Shown: positions 1 to 10,749, counted from the whole stretch's first letter. The stretch is DNA of 63,999 bases, filler included, from an uncultured bacterium (GCA_964471275.1; 3 parts of 3 records of this genome joined end to end with filler, not necessarily neighbours in it), one strand, 5' to 3'. The notes: generated by a model from the letters alone, not told the origin. Translations and numbers: made by a program.

Positions 1-76
1 TAGAACAGGTGGAAGACGTGGTCGATCGAATTGAAAGCGGCGACGCACCCCAGATCTGATTCGGCCGCTGAACGAG

Positions 77-114
77 AAAAGCGCCCTCTCTCGATGGTGA
101 GACAGGGCGCTTTT
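77..114. terminator. Bidirectional intrinsic terminator downstream of rluD
   Basis: AAAA-GCGCCCT...AGGGCGC-TTTT inverted repeat. It lies between the rluD stop and the probable end of a convergent + strand ORF (stop at about 57-59). Confidence 0.75.
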
Positions 115-138
115 GGTAGTCCTGAAATGTTCGGTCTG

Positions 139-1116
139 CTACTGTGTGGACGCCGCCTCCACGGACTGAATCAGGCTGACCATGTCAGCAGGCGGCGCAG
201 CCTCGAATTCTAGAGCCTCGCCCGTCGTCGGATGATCGAACACCAGTCTTTGAGCGTGCAGCATCTGCCGATCGATCGGTTTGAGGAGTCGTGCCGCTTC
301 GGATCGGTAAAGGGGCGAGATCCCCTTGAGCCGCTTCGCACCGCCATTATAGACCGGGTCACCGAACACCGGATGCCCGATATGGTCGAGATGCACGCGA
401 ATCTGATGCGTTCGTCCCGTCTCGAGCGTGACATCGAGTCGGGACAGAAAATCATAGCGTGCGCCAACACAGTAGTGTGTGACCGCTTGCCGCCCCTCCC
501 GGGACACTGTCATCTTTGTCCGCTCGCGCCGACTGCGATCAATCATTGTTTTAATCGTGCCTTCATTCTCCGAGGGATGCCCCCAGCAGACCGCCAGATA
601 CTGCCTATGGATTTTCCGCTCCTCAAGCTGAGCCGAAAGTGCACGATGCGTCACGTCGTCCTTCGCAACAACCAACAGACCGGAAGTGTCCTTATCGAGC
701 CGATGGACGATTCCGGGTCTCAGATCACCGTTCACGGAAGACAGCCCTGAATGACCGAGCAGAGCATTCACGAGAGTACCGGTCCGAATGGGCCCTGATG
801 GATGAACAGTCATCCCAATCGGCTTGCTGACGATCAGGAGCCACTCATCCTCGAAAGGGATGTCGAGCGGCACATCCTCAGCAACCAGATCCAGCGATTT
901 GGGCTCGGAAAAGTGCACAGAAACACGCTCCCCCTCGGACACGCGATAGCTCGGACGGACCGCTCGGCCATCAACCTGCACATCATCCGCGTCGATCAGC
1001 TTCCGCGCCACGGAGCGTGACAGATCGGGGCAAACGCCGGTCAGCCATCGATCGAGTCGGTCGCCCGACTGCCCGTTCTCGACTCTAAGGTGCTTCGTCT
1101 CGGTGATCTCTTCCAT
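139..1116 (-). CDS. rluD: RluA/RluD family 23S rRNA pseudouridine synthase
   Basis: N-terminal S4 domain (RLDRWL), catalytic RPGIVHRLDKDTSG and GRTHQIRVH motifs; follows lspA. Confidence 0.95.
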   Translation of the reverse strand: MEEITETKHLRVENGQSGDRLDRWLTGVCPDLSRSVARKLIDADDVQVDGRAVRPSYRVSEGERVSVHFSEPKSLDLVAEDVPLDIPFEDEWLLIVSKPIGMTVHPSGPIRTGTLVNALLGHSGLSSVNGDLRPGIVHRLDKDTSGLLVVAKDDVTHRALSAQLEERKIHRQYLAVCWGHPSENEGTIKTMIDRSRRERTKMTVSREGRQAVTHYCVGARYDFLSRLDVTLETGRTHQIRVHLDHIGHPVFGDPVYNGGAKRLKGISPLYRSEAARLLKPIDRQMLHAQRLVFDHPTTGEALEFEAAPPADMVSLIQSVEAASTQ

Positions 1117-1543
1117 ACCCGATGATCAGCATGACGACGCCAACCGACACACAGGCGTCAGCGACATTGAACACATACCAGCGAACACCACCCAGACCGA
1201 AATCCAGAAAGTCGATAACAACTCCGTAGCGAAGACGATCGGTGATGTTGCCAACAGCTCCCCCCAGCACCATGGCCAGCCCCACACCACCCCATCTCTC
1301 ATCGGGGGACATCCGCACGAGAATCGAAATTACAACCACCATCGCCCCCACCGACAGAGCCAGATGCAGAGTCGGACCACCGAATCGGATCCCAAACACC
1401 GCGCCGGGATTGTGTATGTATGTCAGCCTAAAAAAGTCGCCCAGCACGTTGACCGACTCCCAGAGCTCGAGATTTGTCGTCACAAGCCACTTGGTTACCA
1501 GGTCGACGAGCAGGGCGACTGTCGTGATCCAGAGTCTTTTCAC
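1085..1543 (-). CDS. lspA: Lipoprotein signal peptidase II
   Basis: NPGAVFG, GAVGNITDR, VIDFL and FNVAD motifs; hydrophobic segments. Confidence 0.95.
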   Translation of the reverse strand: MKRLWITTVALLVDLVTKWLVTTNLELWESVNVLGDFFRLTYIHNPGAVFGIRFGGPTLHLALSVGAMVVVISILVRMSPDERWGGVGLAMVLGGAVGNITDRLRYGVVIDFLDFGLGGVRWYVFNVADACVSVGVVMLIIGYGRDHRDEAP

Positions 1544-1551
1544 ACAAAATC

Positions 1552-1935
1552 CTAGGCGCGCTTCGCCTCTTGCTGAGCTTCCGCCTCCTTACAGGAGACG
1601 CAGATCTTGGTTGTCGGAACGGCCTCAAGACGGGCCTTCGGTATTTCCGTTCTACAGACACGACAGACGCCGTATGTCCCATCGTCAATCCGCTCTATCG
1701 CCTTCTCCAATTGCTCGAGATATGCACCGTCGCGAGACGCGAACAGAAACGCCTTCTCACGATCCATCGCGGCACTGCCCATGTCGGACATATGGTCCGA
1801 ATAGATCAGATCGCCTGATGATTCAGCGGATGTCTTCTTCATAGAATGTGACTCGAGAACGCCCAGATCGTTCCGGATCTCATCTCGCTTGTCCACAAGA
1901 ATCTGCTTGAAGTAATCGCGGTCGTGTTGATCCAT
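1552..1935 (-). CDS. TraR/DksA C4-type zinc-finger protein
   Basis: Coiled coil followed by GTYGVCRVC...RLEAVP...CVSC. Start moved to ATG 1935, which follows a GGAGG RBS. Confidence 0.9.
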   Translation of the reverse strand: MDQHDRDYFKQILVDKRDEIRNDLGVLESHSMKKTSAESSGDLIYSDHMSDMGSAAMDREKAFLFASRDGAYLEQLEKAIERIDDGTYGVCRVCRTEIPKARLEAVPTTKICVSCKEAEAQQEAKRA

Positions 1936-2008
1936 CCTCCGCCTCCTCTTGCCAGCCTCGCAACGATACATCACGCGCAAGGGAATAGGGTAGTAGCAGC
2001 CTGATCGA

Positions 2009-5000
2009 CTACTGGATTCTCCTCAAGGCAAGCGTGCCCTCGAGGCCATTCACTCTTGATTCCTGCCGTATTCTCAGATCGTCTGGTATCCGACCAACGA
2101 CCACGTCCTCAGCCAGGACTTCACCCGCCACGTAGTCTCGATGTGTGTTGACTGCGGCCTCCAATCCATCCTCACCCAGCACACCGATCGAGATCCGGTC
2201 GGAGACATCGAAACCGGCTTCCTTCCGCATGTTCTGGATTCGGCTCACAAGCTCGCGCGCCGTGCACTCGGCGATCAACTCCTCATCTAGATGGATATCG
2301 AGACCAACGACCAGGTTGTTGTCGATCGCTACGACAAGCTCGTCTTTCTCTGTTCGCTGAACTTCAAGATCGTCCAGAGAGATCTGACCATCCGCGACAT
2401 CGATCACGCCTCCGTCTCGAAGAACGGCGATATCGTCTGCCGTCAGCGTCTGCACGCGGGAGCCGACTTCCTTCATCCGCTTCCCAAAGCGGGGTCCGAG
2501 CGCTCGAAAGTTCGGCTTGTATGAAACCTCGCTCAGTTCAGTCTCGTCCTCCACCATCACGATCTCTTTGATGTTCAGTTCATCGGAGATCAGATCCCCC
2601 ATCTCCACCAGTTCTTCACGGTTGTGTTCATCGGGAGGAAGCAGAAAGAGTGTCCTGAGCGGCTGGCGAACCTTGAGATCGTGCTTGCTCCTGAGCGAGC
2701 GCCCCAGCACGACCGCCCGCGTTGCGAGTGACATCTGCTCCTCAAGTTCGCCGTCACGTAGATCTTCTTCAGCCTGCGGCATCTCGCAGAGGTGGATACT
2801 GATCGGGCCATCCGGGTCGTGTGGGCGCACCAGATTTTGGTAGATCTGCTCCGTCACAAACGGCAGGACGGGTGCAAGCGCCTTCGTAAAGGTCACGAGC
2901 ACCTGGTATAGCGTCGCGTACGCCGAACTCTTGTCAGCATCGTCCTCGGACTTCCAGAAGCGTCTCCGACTCCGCCGGATATACCAGTTCGTCAGCTTTT
3001 CGACGAAGGATACCATGGCCGGAACAGTCCGATACAGCCGATACGCCTCCATCTCGGTATTGATGTCGTGGAGAAGTGTCTGAAGTTCGGAAACAATCCA
3101 CTTGTCCAGCTGGTTCGTCGGTTCGTTGACGACTGGATCCTTCGGTGACCAGCCATCGATGTTCGCGTAGGTCACGAAGAAACTGTAGGCATTCCAAAGC
3201 GGGATTATCACGTCGCGCAGACTCTGGTTCATGCCCGCTTCACTCAACCGGAGTTCTTCAGCCTTCATCGCGGGTGAGTTGAGCAGATACAGACGCAGAG
3301 CGTCGGCACCGTACTTTTCGAGCATATCCGTCGGATCCGGATAGTTCTTCAGCCGCTTGCTCAGCTTACGACCGTCTTCAGCCAGCAGCATGCCGCCCAC
3401 GATACAGTTCTGGAATGCGGGCTTGTCGAAGAGAGCGGCAGCCAGGATCGTCAGTGTGTAGAACCAGCCTCTCGTCTGATCCAGATTTTCGGATATGAAA
3501 TCGGCCGGAAAGCTCGCATCGAAGGCCTGTTGGCTACCGAAGGGATAGTGATTCTGCGCATACGGCATCGACCCGGATTCGAACCAGCAATCCAGAACCT
3601 GGGGAACCCGTTTCAGGGCGCCTCTGCCCGATGGCGCCGGGATCTCCAGATCATCGATGCAATGCTTGTGGAGATCCTCGACTCTTTGCCCCGTCAACGT
3701 CTCGAGCTCTGCGGCGCTGCCGACACACACAGCCTCGCCAGTCTCTTCGTCTCGCCAGATCGGCAATGGCGTGCCCCAATATCGATTCCGGCTGATTGCC
3801 CAATCCCGTGCACCCTCTAGCCACTTGCCAAAGCGACCGTCTCGGATATGCTCGGGTACCCAGCGGATCTGGTTGTTAGCCGCGACCATCTTCTCCTGAA
3901 GCTCACCCTCGACCTTCACAAACCAGGTTGAGATCATCCGGTAGATTAGCGGCGAATCGCAGCGCCAGCAGAACGGGTAGCTGTGGACAAGCGTGCTCTC
4001 ATTCAGGAGGCTGCCGTTGTCCCGAAGACGCCGGATGACCTCGGTATCCACTTCCTTGACAAATCGGCCCTCGTAGTCCGTTACCTCTTCCGTAAAGTGG
4101 CAATCGGCATCGATCGGGCAAACAGCAGGCAACCCCTCGCGCTGACCGAGCATGTAATCGTCTTCACCGAATCCGGGAGCGACGTGCACGATGCCGGTTC
4201 CATCCTCAACCGACACGAAATCGGCGGGCACAACACGGAACGCACCCTCGCCACGCAGGTTCTCGAAATAATCGAAGAGCGGCTCGTAGCTCATCCCGAT
4301 CAGGGATCCGACAGGTTGTGCTTCGACGAATGCGATCTCGTTCTCACGCTTCGCGAAGATGGTCTCCATCCGTGCTTTTGCTAGAATCAGCTGTTCATCT
4401 TCTGTGGTCGTAACACGCACATACTCAACGTCTTCGCCCACTGCCAAGCCCAAGTTCGATGTCAACGTCCACGGTGTCGTCGTCCACGCGAGGATGGACA
4501 ATCTCTCCTCTCCCCGCACCTTGAAACGAATCGTAATGGAGGGATCCTGCGTGTCCTGATATCCCTGGTTGACTTCGAAATTCGAAATCGGTGTAGCGCA
4601 TCGCGGGCAATACGCAAGCGATTTGTACCCCTCGTAGATCAGGCCCTTATCCCAGAGCGACTTGAAGACCCACCAGACCGACTCCATAAAGTCGGTGTCC
4701 ATCGTGCGGTATTGTTGATCCCAGTCGACCCAGCGACCCATGCGCTGAATCAGCGTTTCCCACTCGGACGTGTATTGAAGTACGACCTTTCGACAGAACT
4801 CGTTGAACTTGGCGACGCCGAATTCGAGAATATCGGGCCGGGACTTCAGACCCAGCTGCTGCTCTGCCTCGTTCTCCACGGGGAGACCGTGGCAGTCCCA
4901 CCCCCACCGGCGCTCGACACGGTACCCGCGCATCGTCCAGTAGCGTGGAACGACATCCTTCGTGATCGAAGCGAGAAGATGACCGTAGTGCGGGAGCCCC

Positions 5001-5176
5001 GTCGCGAACGGGGGACCATCATAGAACCGGAACGGCTTGTCGACCGGACGACTGTCGACCGACTTGCGATACAGGTCGTTCTCTTGCCAGAATCGGAGGA
5101 TCTGTCTCTCCAATTCCGGAAAATCGACCTGACTGTTTACGGTGTCGAAGCTACCCTTCGACGACTCAGTGCTCAT
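2009..5176 (-). CDS. ileS: Isoleucine--tRNA ligase, type 2 (IleRS2)
   Basis: DGPPFATGLPHYGH (HIGH-like), GWDCHGLP, WTTTPWT and KLSKR motifs. Start set at MSTESS (5176), in ATGA overlap with the nudix stop. Confidence 0.96.
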   Translation of the reverse strand: MSTESSKGSFDTVNSQVDFPELERQILRFWQENDLYRKSVDSRPVDKPFRFYDGPPFATGLPHYGHLLASITKDVVPRYWTMRGYRVERRWGWDCHGLPVENEAEQQLGLKSRPDILEFGVAKFNEFCRKVVLQYTSEWETLIQRMGRWVDWDQQYRTMDTDFMESVWWVFKSLWDKGLIYEGYKSLAYCPRCATPISNFEVNQGYQDTQDPSITIRFKVRGEERLSILAWTTTPWTLTSNLGLAVGEDVEYVRVTTTEDEQLILAKARMETIFAKRENEIAFVEAQPVGSLIGMSYEPLFDYFENLRGEGAFRVVPADFVSVEDGTGIVHVAPGFGEDDYMLGQREGLPAVCPIDADCHFTEEVTDYEGRFVKEVDTEVIRRLRDNGSLLNESTLVHSYPFCWRCDSPLIYRMISTWFVKVEGELQEKMVAANNQIRWVPEHIRDGRFGKWLEGARDWAISRNRYWGTPLPIWRDEETGEAVCVGSAAELETLTGQRVEDLHKHCIDDLEIPAPSGRGALKRVPQVLDCWFESGSMPYAQNHYPFGSQQAFDASFPADFISENLDQTRGWFYTLTILAAALFDKPAFQNCIVGGMLLAEDGRKLSKRLKNYPDPTDMLEKYGADALRLYLLNSPAMKAEELRLSEAGMNQSLRDVIIPLWNAYSFFVTYANIDGWSPKDPVVNEPTNQLDKWIVSELQTLLHDINTEMEAYRLYRTVPAMVSFVEKLTNWYIRRSRRRFWKSEDDADKSSAYATLYQVLVTFTKALAPVLPFVTEQIYQNLVRPHDPDGPISIHLCEMPQAEEDLRDGELEEQMSLATRAVVLGRSLRSKHDLKVRQPLRTLFLLPPDEHNREELVEMGDLISDELNIKEIVMVEDETELSEVSYKPNFRALGPRFGKRMKEVGSRVQTLTADDIAVLRDGGVIDVADGQISLDDLEVQRTEKDELVVAIDNNLVVGLDIHLDEELIAECTARELVSRIQNMRKEAGFDVSDRISIGVLGEDGLEAAVNTHRDYVAGEVLAEDVVVGRIPDDLRIRQESRVNGLEGTLALRRIQ

Positions 5177-5652
5177 ATCTTCGAACTCTGTCTTTGTGGC
5201 AAGAGATGCGATCTGATCTCTTCCAGATTCTCTCGGATCAGCTCGACTTGCTCGGGCCAAAACAGATTCGGAGTCGGATGGATCGGAACCCACGCCATCT
5301 CTGCGTGAACGTTTGCTTCCAGCGGCTTGACGTCGATCTGCGTGGTCCGATACAGAAAGTAGTGCGTGAGCTTCCACTCTGTCTTGGAGAAGTCGAAACG
5401 CTCTTTGATGTCGAGTTTGGTGAGCAGTTCGAGATCTTCTACTCCTACTTCCTCTCCGATCTCTCGCCTGGCTGCGGTTTCGATGTCCTCACCGGATTCG
5501 ACGTGTCCTTTGGGCAGCACGGCCGAGTCGTAGCTGTGTTCTCGCGCGACAGCAATCAGAATATCACCGTCGGACAGGCGGGCTACTACCCCGCCTGCCG
5601 TGACTGACTCCTCCACCCCCTCGGGGCGTGTATACCAGGAAGCATCTATCAT
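5173..5652 (-). CDS. NUDIX hydrolase (Ap4A hydrolase-like)
   Basis: Nudix box PKGHVESGEDIETAARREIGEEVG; probable start MIDASW. Confidence 0.88.
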   Translation of the reverse strand: MIDASWYTRPEGVEESVTAGGVVARLSDGDILIAVAREHSYDSAVLPKGHVESGEDIETAARREIGEEVGVEDLELLTKLDIKERFDFSKTEWKLTHYFLYRTTQIDVKPLEANVHAEMAWVPIHPTPNLFWPEQVELIRENLEEIRSHLLPQRQSSKI

Positions 5653-5793
5653 TGATGTAGACCAGAAGCGCTTGGGTGTGGAGCCCCAATGCAGCGCTCT
5701 CAAACCTTTCTTCCCACAAGCTGTTGATATTCCTCGAACGTCGTCCTCGATGCAGCACTCGGGCCCGTCGCTCGCTGAAGGGCCGCGCGCGCC

Positions 5794-6672
5794 TCATTCC
5801 CAATAGTGACCATACAGGACGCGCAATCGCTCCTTCGCGTCATCCGAGATCTTGCCCGGCTGCGTAATAATCGCGAACTGTGCGGCGCTCAGACATTCGC
5901 ACGCTGATGTCTCCGGCAGCGCGACCGCGGTCTTCTTCACGATTGCCTTGGCCGTATCCGCATTTTGATGCAGCACCTTGATGATTGCTTCGACCGTTAC
6001 GTCCTCTTCCGCTTCGTGCCAGCAATCGTAGTCTGTCCCTGTAGCTACGATGGTATAGCACATCTCGGCCTCGCGTGCCAGTTTTGCTTCCGGCAACGCG
6101 GTCATCCCGATCACCGAAGGCTTGAGCGTATTGCGGTAGAACCACGATTCTGCACGCGTTGAGAACTGAGGACCCTCCATGCAGACATAGGTCCCACCTT
6201 CGTGGACGTTCGCGCCAACATCCTTCGAAGATTGAATCGCTACCTTCCGCAGTTCTTCGCAGAATGGGTCCGCAAACATCACGTGGCCGGCGATGCCGTT
6301 ACCGAAGAATGTCGATGGCCGCAGCCCCCGCGTTCGATCGAAAATCTGATCGGGGACAATCATGTCCCCCGGGGCAATATGTTCCTGCATAATCCCAACA
6401 GCGCTCACACCAAGAACATGCGTAACACCGAGTGACTTGAGCGCGTAGATATTGGCCTGGGCCGGGATCTCCGAAGGAAGATATACGTGCCCTCTCCCGT
6501 GCCTCGGTATGAAGTAGACATATCTACCGTCGATTCGCGTTTCCACGATCGCATCGGATGTGTGACCAAACGGGGTTTCGATGTTGTGCTCCGTCACGAC
6601 CTCGACATCGTCCATCTCGTAGACGCCGGATCCACCGATCACACCCAGCCTTGTCACCTTGGGCTCACTCAC
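5794..6672 (-). CDS. mtnP: S-methyl-5'-thioadenosine phosphorylase
   Basis: GVIGGSG, PRHGRGH, EGPQFSTRAES, GMTALPEAKLAREAE and TDYDCW motifs. Confidence 0.93.
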   Translation of the reverse strand: MSEPKVTRLGVIGGSGVYEMDDVEVVTEHNIETPFGHTSDAIVETRIDGRYVYFIPRHGRGHVYLPSEIPAQANIYALKSLGVTHVLGVSAVGIMQEHIAPGDMIVPDQIFDRTRGLRPSTFFGNGIAGHVMFADPFCEELRKVAIQSSKDVGANVHEGGTYVCMEGPQFSTRAESWFYRNTLKPSVIGMTALPEAKLAREAEMCYTIVATGTDYDCWHEAEEDVTVEAIIKVLHQNADTAKAIVKKTAVALPETSACECLSAAQFAIITQPGKISDDAKERLRVLYGHYWE

Positions 6673-6681
6673 ATCTGCTCC

Positions 6682-7224
6682 TCAGTCGGTCCCGTCCGGG
6701 ATCGACGCTTCATTTGCCTCGCTTTGACCGTTCTCCTCGGGAAACTCATCGACCAGCTCCTCAACGACGGGCGGATCCGTGAACGCCAGTTGCGCAAGGT
6801 AGTCTCCCTGCGACTGGATCAGCGTTCCGAGCCTCGATGCGAACTGGTCTCGTTGGTTCTTCAGCTCAACGATCTCATTCCGGATCATCTGAACGTGATT
6901 TCGTGCTTTCTCGATCGCTCGGTTCCCGCGAATGTCAGCCTCCTTCATGATCAGGCGGGCCTCCTTCTTCGCGTTCTCGTGAACGTCGTCGGCTGCTTTC
7001 TGCGCTGTTCGCAGGGTCTCCTGAAGCATCTTTTCCAAGTCTCGATACCGTTTGACCTCGGCCTCAAGCGACCGCTCACGCTCCTTGAATTCGAAGTTCT
7101 CTCGATTCAGGCGTTCGAACTCTTCCGCGATCATCTCGAGAAATGCCTGCACCTCTTCTGCATCGATGCCCCGAAAGGTCTTCTTGAACGACTGTTTGCG
7201 TATGTCCAGCGGCGTGATTTTCAC
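6682..7224 (-). CDS. divIVA: DivIVA domain cell division protein
   Basis: MKITPLDIRKQSFKKTFRGIDAEEVQAFL N-terminus and long coiled coil; conserved yggS-yggT-divIVA-ileS context. Confidence 0.92.
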   Translation of the reverse strand: MKITPLDIRKQSFKKTFRGIDAEEVQAFLEMIAEEFERLNRENFEFKERERSLEAEVKRYRDLEKMLQETLRTAQKAADDVHENAKKEARLIMKEADIRGNRAIEKARNHVQMIRNEIVELKNQRDQFASRLGTLIQSQGDYLAQLAFTDPPVVEELVDEFPEENGQSEANEASIPDGTD

Positions 7225-7256
7225 CTTAAAGCACCTCGTGCGTTTTCAGGGGCGAA

Positions 7257-7850
7257 TCACTGGAGGAGAAGACGGCCGATCGCAGTCTTCACGATATTCA
7301 ATAAAAAGATCAGGATGATGGGCGACAGGTCGAACATACCGATCTGTGGAATAATCTGCCGGAACGGCGCCATAATCGGTTCGGTCAGGCTGAAGACCTT
7401 CCACATAAAGCGGTTTTCTTTGACAAATGGCACCCAGGATGAAACGATTCTTACGATGATCAGAAGTATCAGGATGGACACGGCCCCGTAGAGCAGGCCA
7501 CCCAGAATATGCAGGGGCTCGCCGGCCACAACACCACTCAGCAGAATCCGCAGAGACGAGAGCAGTTCCTCTATCATCGCCTGCAGGAAATACGCACCCA
7601 GCAACGTGACCAGAACAACGATCAGGGGCGCGATGCTCATCGCATTCGGCATTGGCAGCGTTTGCGCGAGTGGCCAGATCATCGGATCGGTGATCCGGCG
7701 GATCTGATAGGACAGCCAGCCAAAAGGGCTGATCTTGAGAAAGAACCACCGAAATACCATCAGGAGGATCACGGCGATCACGACGAACTTGACCAGAAGG
7801 TTCACTCCCCGGGCTGCTTGCAGAATCAGTTCGTTGAAAATGGAATACAC
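7257..7850 (-). CDS. yggT: YggT family membrane protein (two YGGT repeats)
   Basis: RITDPMIWP and LTEPIMAPFRQIIP..GMFDLSPII repeats; hydrophobic. Confidence 0.88.
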   Translation of the reverse strand: MYSIFNELILQAARGVNLLVKFVVIAVILLMVFRWFFLKISPFGWLSYQIRRITDPMIWPLAQTLPMPNAMSIAPLIVVLVTLLGAYFLQAMIEELLSSLRILLSGVVAGEPLHILGGLLYGAVSILILLIIVRIVSSWVPFVKENRFMWKVFSLTEPIMAPFRQIIPQIGMFDLSPIILIFLLNIVKTAIGRLLLQ

Positions 7851-7858
7851 AGAATCAC

Positions 7859-8581
7859 CTAGTGTCGTGGACCAAATATGGCGGTACCTACGCGCACGAT
7901 CGTGGCACCCTCCTCGATCGCCATCTCGAAATCACTCGTCATACCCATCGAAAGATCTCGAAGAGTCGGGTGCTCATTTGTGATCTTATCTCTAATGTCC
8001 CTGAGTGAAGCAAAGCATCGCCTTACGGCGTCCTGATCCTGCGTGTGAGCGGCGATTGTCATAAGCCCGACGACCGAGACCCCCTCTATTCCCACGGTCT
8101 CCTCCGCCAAAGCGAGAAGATCATCAGGTTCAACACCCGACTTGGATGCTTCGCCAGATGTATTGACCTGCAGGTAAATCGCGACTTCCTTACCCGCGTT
8201 CGAGGCGTGCTTTCCGATCTCTTTAGCGAGTCGCACACTGTCGACGGACTGAATCGTGTCAAACAGGTCTACGGCAACCTTGGCCTTGTTCCGCTGCAGA
8301 TGGCCGACCAGATGCCACCTCGGTGACCCGGTGATCTCGGGGACCTTCACCCGGGCCTCTTGGACTCGATTCTCACCGAGCGTCACGGCTCCCGCATCGA
8401 CGGCGGCCTGTACAATTGCTGATGGCCACGTCTTCGAAACGGTTACCAGGAGAATCTCGGCGGCGGCACGGCCTGAACGGGTCGCCGCAGCGGCGATGCG
8501 ATCCTCAACACGTTTGAGATTGCAGGGAATTCGTTCGAGAATCGCGTCGATCTCAAACGCTGCAAGTGTCGGTTCGGGCAA
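7859..8581 (-). CDS. yggS: YggS pyridoxal phosphate homeostasis protein
   Basis: [31 protein letters not shown] and VRVGTAIFG motifs. Confidence 0.95.
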   Translation of the reverse strand: MPEPTLAAFEIDAILERIPCNLKRVEDRIAAAATRSGRAAAEILLVTVSKTWPSAIVQAAVDAGAVTLGENRVQEARVKVPEITGSPRWHLVGHLQRNKAKVAVDLFDTIQSVDSVRLAKEIGKHASNAGKEVAIYLQVNTSGEASKSGVEPDDLLALAEETVGIEGVSVVGLMTIAAHTQDQDAVRRCFASLRDIRDKITNEHPTLRDLSMGMTSDFEMAIEEGATIVRVGTAIFGPRH

Positions 8582-8622
8582 AAGAAGAATCCAGTTCGGG
8601 CCAAGTCCGGCAGAGACTTTTA

Positions 8623-8651
8623 AATATAAGGACAGGCTCCGAATGGGGCAA
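8623..8651 (-). promoter_or_regulatory. Putative sigma70 promoter of the yggS-rluD operon
   Basis: TTGCCC-N17-TATATT on the minus strand, about 40 bp upstream of yggS, in an AT-rich divergent spacer. Confidence 0.55.
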
Positions 8652-8770
8652 CCAAAAAGGCCACCCAGAGAACCTGCAAATATTTGATTTAAAAGGGCTT
8701 ACGTTAACCGCGTGTTTCTTGTTTGCACGGAGCCGTGCTTGCTAAACACATTTGGGAGGGGAGTCTGGGT

Positions 8771-10747
8771 ATGCCGCGCAATGGATATGGTCAAATGGTG
8801 CAGGATCACTACGTCAGCCGGGTCCGCGAGATCAGAGATGAACGTGCTGCACGGCTGAAATCGATCAGGACCAGACGACAGGCGCTTGTTTACCAGGATC
8901 GCACAAGGGCAGCGATCAGGAAGGCCTTCGGCCCGCGTCCACGGAAGACAGCACTGAATGCGCGAGTCGTGGGCGTCATCGAAGGACGGCACTTCCGTGT
9001 CGAGAAAGTGCTCTTTGAATCCAGGCCCGGATGCCTCGTCACCGCCAACCTATACGTCCCGAATCGGATCGACGGCCTCGCCCCGGGTGTTATTGCATCC
9101 TGCGGACACGCAGCGGAGGGAAAGGCTGCGCCGATCTACCAGGAGTTCTGTCAGCGTCTTGCCCGGTCCGGATTCGTCACACTGATCTTCGATCCGTTCA
9201 ACCAGGGCGAACGAGACCAGTACTCATCGCTCCCGGATCGAGAGATCGTCCGCAGTTCGACACACGCGCACAACATGATGGGCAAGCAGCTAGACCTGAT
9301 CGGCGAGTGGTTTGGAGCCTGGCGTGCCTGGGATGGTATCCGTGCGCTCGACTATCTGCTGACACGTCCTGAAGTCGATCCGGAGCGCGTCGGTCTGACC
9401 GGAAACTCCGGCGGCGGAACGATGACGACCTGGATCTGGGGTATCGAAAACCGCTTCGCCTTCGCCGCGCCCAGCTGCTTTGTCACGACCTTCCTCCACA
9501 ACCTGGAGAACGAACTTCCTGCGGACTCGGAGCAGTATCCCCCGGGCGTCATCGGTCGCGGTCTGGATATGGCCGATTTTATGCTCGCACAGGCCCCCAA
9601 GCCCGTGATGCTTCTCGGCCAGAACTACTGCTTCTTCGACCGTCGCGGGCTGAAAGACGCATACACAGACGTCCGACGATTCTATTCGCTGATCGGTGCG
9701 CCTGAGGGGAATACGGCCTACTTCCTCGGTCCTGAGGGACACGGCTATTCGTCACACAATCAAAAGGCGATGGTCGGTTTCTTCACATATCACGCCGGCC
9801 TGCGAAAGACGTCGTTCTCTCCACGCCCTTTACCCGTCGAGAGCCTGCACGCGACACCAAACGGCGAAGTTGTGGATGCGGGTGCCGTCCCGATCTACAG
9901 ACTCATCGAGGCGAAGGCTGCCACGATCGGGAGACGCCTCAAGAGACGCTCTACACCCGACCTCAAGAAGGTCGTCGCTCGAACTCTCACCCTCAGACCA
10001 TCGGTGGACACACCCCACTATCGCTGTCTTCGAGGAACGACCATAGCGGATCGACGCACGGCGCGCTATGCGGTCGAAACCGAGGCCAACATAAGAGCCA
10101 TACTCTATAAGCCGATGCATACCGGCTTCACGCACACATTGGACGTAGAACGAACCGTCACGCTCTTCCTGCCGCATCTATCGTCAGAGACAGACCTGGC
10201 GGGAGACGCACTTGCCCTCAATCTGCAGCAGTCAGGCTCACTCTACAGTCTCGAGGCCCGTGGGCTCGGCGAGTCGATGCCAGATGACGACCGGGATTTC
10301 TTCCACGCCTATGGCGTCGACTACATGCACAACGGCTACGGTTTGATGTTAAATGAGAGCTACCTGGGGAGGCGTGTCTACGATGTGCTGAGGACAATCG
10401 ATCTGCTCGTGGCCGAGGGGGCGAAGAAAGTCCATCTGGTTGGGCGCGGGCAGGGCGCCGTGCTGGCCATTTATGCCGGACTTTTGCACGGTTGCACGGG
10501 TTCGGTATTGCTCAAGAATGGACCGCTATCGTATCTGGAGTGGACCCGGACACCGATCGTCAAGTGGCCTTTTGCCAACCTGCCAAGCGGCTGTTTGAGA
10601 ACGTTCGATCTCTCTGACTGTATACGTTCGCTAGGGAAGCGGGTCCAGCTCACAGAGCCGTGGGGACCCCAGATGAAACCTTACGGGAAGGCACAACTGA
10701 AGAAGATGATGGCCGATGCCAGGCTGTCGACCATCCTGCTTTGCTAA
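8771..10747 (+). CDS. Two-domain alpha/beta hydrolase (acetylxylan esterase-like)
   Basis: GNSGGG nucleophile motif, FESRPG..VTANLY, and a second degenerate hydrolase domain. ATG 8771 follows a GGAGG/GGAG RBS. Confidence 0.75.
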   Translation: MPRNGYGQMVQDHYVSRVREIRDERAARLKSIRTRRQALVYQDRTRAAIRKAFGPRPRKTALNARVVGVIEGRHFRVEKVLFESRPGCLVTANLYVPNRIDGLAPGVIASCGHAAEGKAAPIYQEFCQRLARSGFVTLIFDPFNQGERDQYSSLPDREIVRSSTHAHNMMGKQLDLIGEWFGAWRAWDGIRALDYLLTRPEVDPERVGLTGNSGGGTMTTWIWGIENRFAFAAPSCFVTTFLHNLENELPADSEQYPPGVIGRGLDMADFMLAQAPKPVMLLGQNYCFFDRRGLKDAYTDVRRFYSLIGAPEGNTAYFLGPEGHGYSSHNQKAMVGFFTYHAGLRKTSFSPRPLPVESLHATPNGEVVDAGAVPIYRLIEAKAATIGRRLKRRSTPDLKKVVARTLTLRPSVDTPHYRCLRGTTIADRRTARYAVETEANIRAILYKPMHTGFTHTLDVERTVTLFLPHLSSETDLAGDALALNLQQSGSLYSLEARGLGESMPDDDRDFFHAYGVDYMHNGYGLMLNESYLGRRVYDVLRTIDLLVAEGAKKVHLVGRGQGAVLAIYAGLLHGCTGSVLLKNGPLSYLEWTRTPIVKWPFANLPSGCLRTFDLSDCIRSLGKRVQLTEPWGPQMKPYGKAQLKKMMADARLSTILLC

Positions 10748-10749
10748 CC

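Noticed and set aside
5177..5377. N-terminal extension of IleRS in the ORF track
   Set aside because: It overlaps the nudix gene; the ATGA-coupled start at 5176 is more plausible.
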